A DNA stretch of 64,000 nucleotides from Rhizobium sp. (lineage in GTDB: Bacteria > Pseudomonadota > Alphaproteobacteria > Rhizobiales > Rhizobiaceae). The notes beneath the pieces are model-generated. The model saw nothing but the letters and a program-made list of their open reading frames with translations, did no database searches and had not been told where the DNA came from. The position numbers and the translations under genes were made by a program. Shown one piece after another: positions 57,848 to 64,000 of the stretch; the first letter of the stretch is position 1; each line of letters starts with the position of its first letter. Location: NCBI GenBank assembly GCA_029865825.1, contig JARXAQ010000248.1, positions 4,302-68,301 of the forward strand, written 5' to 3'.

Positions 57848-58801
57848 TTACCAGCCCGGGATCATGTTGCCGGCCTTAAGTCGCGGATAGTGACGCGACA
57901 AACCCTTCTGATCGCCGTCCATGTCGTCTTCGACCTGTGTCGGCGTGATGTTGTCGAGGCAGGCGGTAATGTGATCGGTGATGGCGTTGAGAAGCGACAC
58001 CGAAAAGCCGGGCCGCTTCATCAGGCCGATCTGCACGGGCGGCAAAGGCGGGAACCCGTCGCTGGCAGTGAGCACCTTCATCCCTGTCCGGAGTGCCGAT
58101 TCCGGAAGGATCGACACCGCCATGCCGGCCAGCACCGCCGAGGCCACCACGGTCGACGACCAGCTGGTGAAAAGGATCTGGTAGTCGCGTCCATCAGCAT
58201 CCAGCGCCGAGCAGGCCAGCTGTCGCCATTGGCAGTCGCGCCTGCCGACCGCGAGCGGCACCGGCGCATCATCCTTCAGCGGATGGTTGGCGGAACCCAC
58301 CCAGCACAGCGGCTCGGTCCTGACCACGTCCGACTGCCGCAACAGCGGATTGTGGGTCACGAGCGCAATGTCGAGTTCGCCCCGTCCCATCTTCTCTGCG
58401 AGATCCACCGAAGGCTCGCACACGATGTACAGTTCGACATTCGGATGCGTCTTGGCGAAGCGCCCGATGATCTCTGGCATGTACCGGTCGGCATAATCGT
58501 CCGGCGTCCCGATCCGGAGCGTGCCCTCCAGGCGATTATCGTCGAAGGCGGCGATCGCCTCCGAGTTCAGTCGGCTGATCCGTCGCGCGTAATTGAGCAG
58601 CTTGTCGCCTTCGGCCGTCAAGCGGTTGCCGCGCCCATCCTTGATGAACAGCTGTTTGCCGACCCGTTCCTCGAGCCTGCGCATCTGCATGGACACCGCC
58701 GATTGGGTCTTGAACACGCGGCCCGCCGCCTTGGTGAAGCTGCCGGTATCCACGATGGCGATGAAAGTCTGCAATTGGTCGATATCGAGAGGAGCCGACA
58801 T
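57848..58801 (-). CDS. LysR family regulator (LrhA-like)
   Basis: LDIDQLQTF...TQSAVSMQMRRLEE; GTPDDY; dyad CCATCA-N7-TGATGG at 58811-58829. Confidence 0.94.
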   Translation of the reverse strand: MSAPLDIDQLQTFIAIVDTGSFTKAAGRVFKTQSAVSMQMRRLEERVGKQLFIKDGRGNRLTAEGDKLLNYARRISRLNSEAIAAFDDNRLEGTLRIGTPDDYADRYMPEIIGRFAKTHPNVELYIVCEPSVDLAEKMGRGELDIALVTHNPLLRQSDVVRTEPLCWVGSANHPLKDDAPVPLAVGRRDCQWRQLACSALDADGRDYQILFTSWSSTVVASAVLAGMAVSILPESALRTGMKVLTASDGFPPLPPVQIGLMKRPGFSVSLLNAITDHITACLDNITPTQVEDDMDGDQKGLSRHYPRLKAGNMIPGW

Positions 58802-58992
58802 GAAGCTTATCCATCAGAGAGGTTGATGGTTATCATTAGAAACATTCGTTGGACTGATCAATATCATTTCGACATCCTGAGGCTGCATTCCACACCGGCC
58901 ACATGAGGCCAATCTTCCACTCCAGCCCCCATCGCCTCGTCGCGTCTGCGACCGGGGCCTGTCTCATCGTGCCCGTCAAAAGGATGAACGCC

Positions 58993-59295
58993 ATGCGCAC
59001 GACCGAACGGATACTCGACCTCGACCTCGCTCTGTCCCCTAAGAGCCGCGCAACGCGGCGCGGTGACGGCGTGTATGTTTGGCTTCGACACCTCGGTCTG
59101 GTGCTGCGCAATCGTCTCGCCGCGAACAGCCTCGCGGAGCTCGACGACCGCTTGCTCAACGATGTCGGCCTCAGCCGCGCCGAAGTCGAGCGGGTGCTTC
59201 GCGAGACCCGTTTCGCTGACGATCCTTCGCAGCAATTGACCCGGCTCGCACAGCGCCGTGCCGAACGGGCGTTGCGCGGCTGCAAGGCAGATTGA
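58993..59295 (+). CDS. DUF1127 small protein
   Basis: LAELDDRLLNDVGLSRAEV. Confidence 0.9.
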   Translation: MRTTERILDLDLALSPKSRATRRGDGVYVWLRHLGLVLRNRLAANSLAELDDRLLNDVGLSRAEVERVLRETRFADDPSQQLTRLAQRRAERALRGCKAD

Positions 59296-59341
59296 GATTG
59301 CTTCCATCCCCGCAGGGTGACAGCCAATAGCCCTGCACTTT

Positions 59342-59378
59342 GCCCGGTCCCGGAGAGAATCTCGGACCGGGCTTTTTT
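59342..59378 (+). terminator. Rho-independent terminator
   Basis: GCCCGGTCC...GGACCGGGC followed by a T-tract. Confidence 0.85.
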
Positions 59379-59449
59379 TGTAAACGCTAAAATAACGACA
59401 TGTCTTGTTAAATGCTAAGGGAAGCGGGTCGGGAGTAACGACTTGCTAA

Positions 59450-61999
<2,550 letters not shown>

Positions 62000-62018
62000 G
62001 CATCAGTTATTCTCAAAC

Positions 62019-62048
62019 GAAAACGGCGCGGGAAACCGCGCCGTTTTC
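62019..62048. terminator. Bidirectional terminator
   Basis: GAAAACGGCGCGG-GAAA-CCGCGCCGTTTTC. Confidence 0.8.
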
Positions 62049-62080
62049 ATTTTGTGTCTACCGTGCCGAATGCCGGATCG

Positions 62081-62977
62081 TCAGCCCTTCGGCGGGGTCG
62101 GATCATCGGAGGCCGACGCATCGCCCTTCGTGGCCGTGCGATAGGTCTCGAAAATCTGCTCCATGCTCTTCTGGTAGCTCTTCTGCACTTCGAGCCCGCT
62201 GTCGAACATCGTGTTGATCATGGCGGAGAAGCCTTCCTGTACATCCGTATCGGCCGCTTTGCCGGTTTCCGGCTTGGGTGGCTCGCCCGGCTGGGCGCCA
62301 GCGGCCTGGCCGGAATAGGCGGCGGCCATGTCCTGGAAAGCCTTGGCGAAAGGGTTCACCAGGAAGGGATTGGCCTGGCCCTGCGGTTCTGGCTTCTTCT
62401 GCCCACCCATCATGTCCTGGAAGGCCCGGGTGAAGGGATTGTCGAAGACAGAGGCTGCCTGCGGCTGCGGCTTGGGTTGCAGGCCGGTGCTTTCCAGCCA
62501 TTGCTGCATCATTGCGGCCATCGGCGATGCGGCGAAGGGGTTGGCGCCGCCGAACTGCCCGGTCGCCTGCTTGAACAGCCCGCCCATCATCGTATCGGCC
62601 ATGACGGGCATCATCTGCTTGAGGATGTCCTGGCCGATACCGGTCAGTTGCGCCGCCTGTGCGGCGATCGCGCGGGAGACCTCCTTCGAGCCGAACAGCT
62701 GCTGCAGTACCTGGTTGCCGTCGGCAATCCCCTGCGGCGTGAAGGCCGAGTTCATGTCCTCGAAATACTTGGCATAATTGCCCGAGCCCATCGCCGAGAG
62801 CAGGGTTGAAAAGTCATAAGGGTTGCTGGTGTTGCGCTTGAAACCCGAGGCGAACGCCGGCGTCAGGGCCGCCATGGCCTTCGCCGCCTGCTCCTGCGCC
62901 AACCCGAACTGGCGCGCCATGGCGTCCATCGCGTTGCCGTTCTGTGCCTGGAGCATCATGTCGAACAATGGCAGCAT
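62081..62977 (-). CDS. DUF937 domain protein
   Basis: MLPLFDMMLQAQNG...LFGSKEVSRAIAAQAAQLTGIG. Confidence 0.85.
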   Translation of the reverse strand: MLPLFDMMLQAQNGNAMDAMARQFGLAQEQAAKAMAALTPAFASGFKRNTSNPYDFSTLLSAMGSGNYAKYFEDMNSAFTPQGIADGNQVLQQLFGSKEVSRAIAAQAAQLTGIGQDILKQMMPVMADTMMGGLFKQATGQFGGANPFAASPMAAMMQQWLESTGLQPKPQPQAASVFDNPFTRAFQDMMGGQKKPEPQGQANPFLVNPFAKAFQDMAAAYSGQAAGAQPGEPPKPETGKAADTDVQEGFSAMINTMFDSGLEVQKSYQKSMEQIFETYRTATKGDASASDDPTPPKG

Positions 62978-63096
62978 GGACGTCTTCTCCCCGAATGCGT
63001 GCGGATACCAGCAGCACTATAGACGGAAAAAACCCTGCGCAAACCGGTTTCTACGGTTTTGCCCAGGGTCAAAGGCATGCGTTGCGCGCTGACGTG

Positions 63097-64000
63097 TCAG
63101 TACTGGTATTCGTCGAAGACAGGATCGACCGAGCCATTCCAACGCCCGTGGTAAAGGCCGAGCAAATCGTCGGCGAGCGTCGTCCCCTTTGCCAGAACCT
63201 CGTCGAGTGTCGTCAGGAAGATGCTCTCGTCCTGCCCGTCGCCATTCAGCTGCGCCCGCGCCTTCAGGCCCTGACGGGAAATGGACACGATATCGCGGGC
63301 CACATCGAGCAGCGGGCGCCCGGCGACGCTCGCCTTCAGGCCCTTTACCGGCACGCTGTCGCGCATGGCGATCACGTCCTCGACCGTCCAGTCGGCGGTG
63401 GCTGCATCGGCGGCGGCAAGGGCTGCGTCGTCATAGAGCAGGCCGACCCAGAAGGCCGGCAGCGCACAGATCCGCCGCCAGGGGCCGCCATCGGCTCCGC
63501 GCATTTCGAGGAAGCGCTTCAGCCGCACGTCGGGGAAGAGGGTGGAGAGATGGTTCGTCCAGTCGCCAAGCTGCGGCTCCCATTCGGCGACCTCGCCCTT
63601 CAGCGCCCCGTCCATGAACTGGCGGAAGGTGATGTGGGTGCAGTCGTGGTAGTGGCCGTCGCGCGTGATGAAATACATCGGCGCATCGATGGCCCAGCGC
63701 ACATAGTCGCCGAAGGCGAAATCCTTGGAGAAAGTGAAGGGCAGAACGCCGGCGCGCTGATTGTCGGTGTCGCGCCAGATGTCGCCGCGCCAGGAGAGAA
63801 GCCCGTTCGGCTTGCCTTCGGTGAACGGCGAGGAGGCGAAGAGCGCGGTCGCCAGCGACTGCAGCTTCATCGACACGCGCATCTTCTGCCGCATGTCGGC
63901 TTCCGAGGAGAAGTCGAGGTTCACCTGGATCGTGCAGGTCCGGTACATCATGTCGAGACCTTTGGTCCCGACCTTCGGCATGTAGCGGGTCATGATGTCG
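63097..64000 (-). CDS. gshA: Glutamate--cysteine ligase (5' end outside the window)
   Basis: MMYRTCTIQVNLD, FASSPF, LFPDVRLKRFLEMRGADG. Confidence 0.96.
   Translation of the reverse strand, partial: DIMTRYMPKVGTKGLDMMYRTCTIQVNLDFSSEADMRQKMRVSMKLQSLATALFASSPFTEGKPNGLLSWRGDIWRDTDNQRAGVLPFTFSKDFAFGDYVRWAIDAPMYFITRDGHYHDCTHITFRQFMDGALKGEVAEWEPQLGDWTNHLSTLFPDVRLKRFLEMRGADGGPWRRICALPAFWVGLLYDDAALAAADAATADWTVEDVIAMRDSVPVKGLKASVAGRPLLDVARDIVSISRQGLKARAQLNGDGQDESIFLTTLDEVLAKGTTLADDLLGLYHGRWNGSVDPVFDEYQY

Overview
Alphaproteobacterial (Rhizobium/Agrobacterium-group) chromosome window split by a minus-strand tRNA-Gln(CTG) at 44412-44485. Right of the tRNA is core-type genome: ppx/gppA, rlmE, MFS, MBL hydrolase, zeta-like protein, guaB, adhP, patatin, LysR/DUF1127, MCP, DUF937 and partial gshA. 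Left of it, about 44 kb looks like a tRNA-anchored, immobilised genomic island, with a truncated DUF6538 integrase N-terminus, 13-bp-phased arm-like repeats and several small gene lesions. Its modules are: (1) a LysR-controlled Tat molybdo-oxidoreductase/cytochrome c/adenylate cyclase/MFS/cyclophilin-like/Zn-ADH unit; (2) a general-stress islet with four EcfG-type promoters and a nonsense-interrupted katE; (3) a stachydrine/betaine demethylation cluster; (4) a hydrolase cluster (VOC, alpha/beta hydrolases, YcaC, XapX, YtcJ, DoxX, MFS) whose four promoters share a 41-bp motif that also sits on the adjacent LysR promoter; (5) a pseudokinase-AAA-GAF-histidine kinase with FixJ/StyR-type and single-domain response regulators and two AraC proteins; (6) a frameshifted CMD/LysR pair. 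All calls come from reading motifs by eye; no database search was run.
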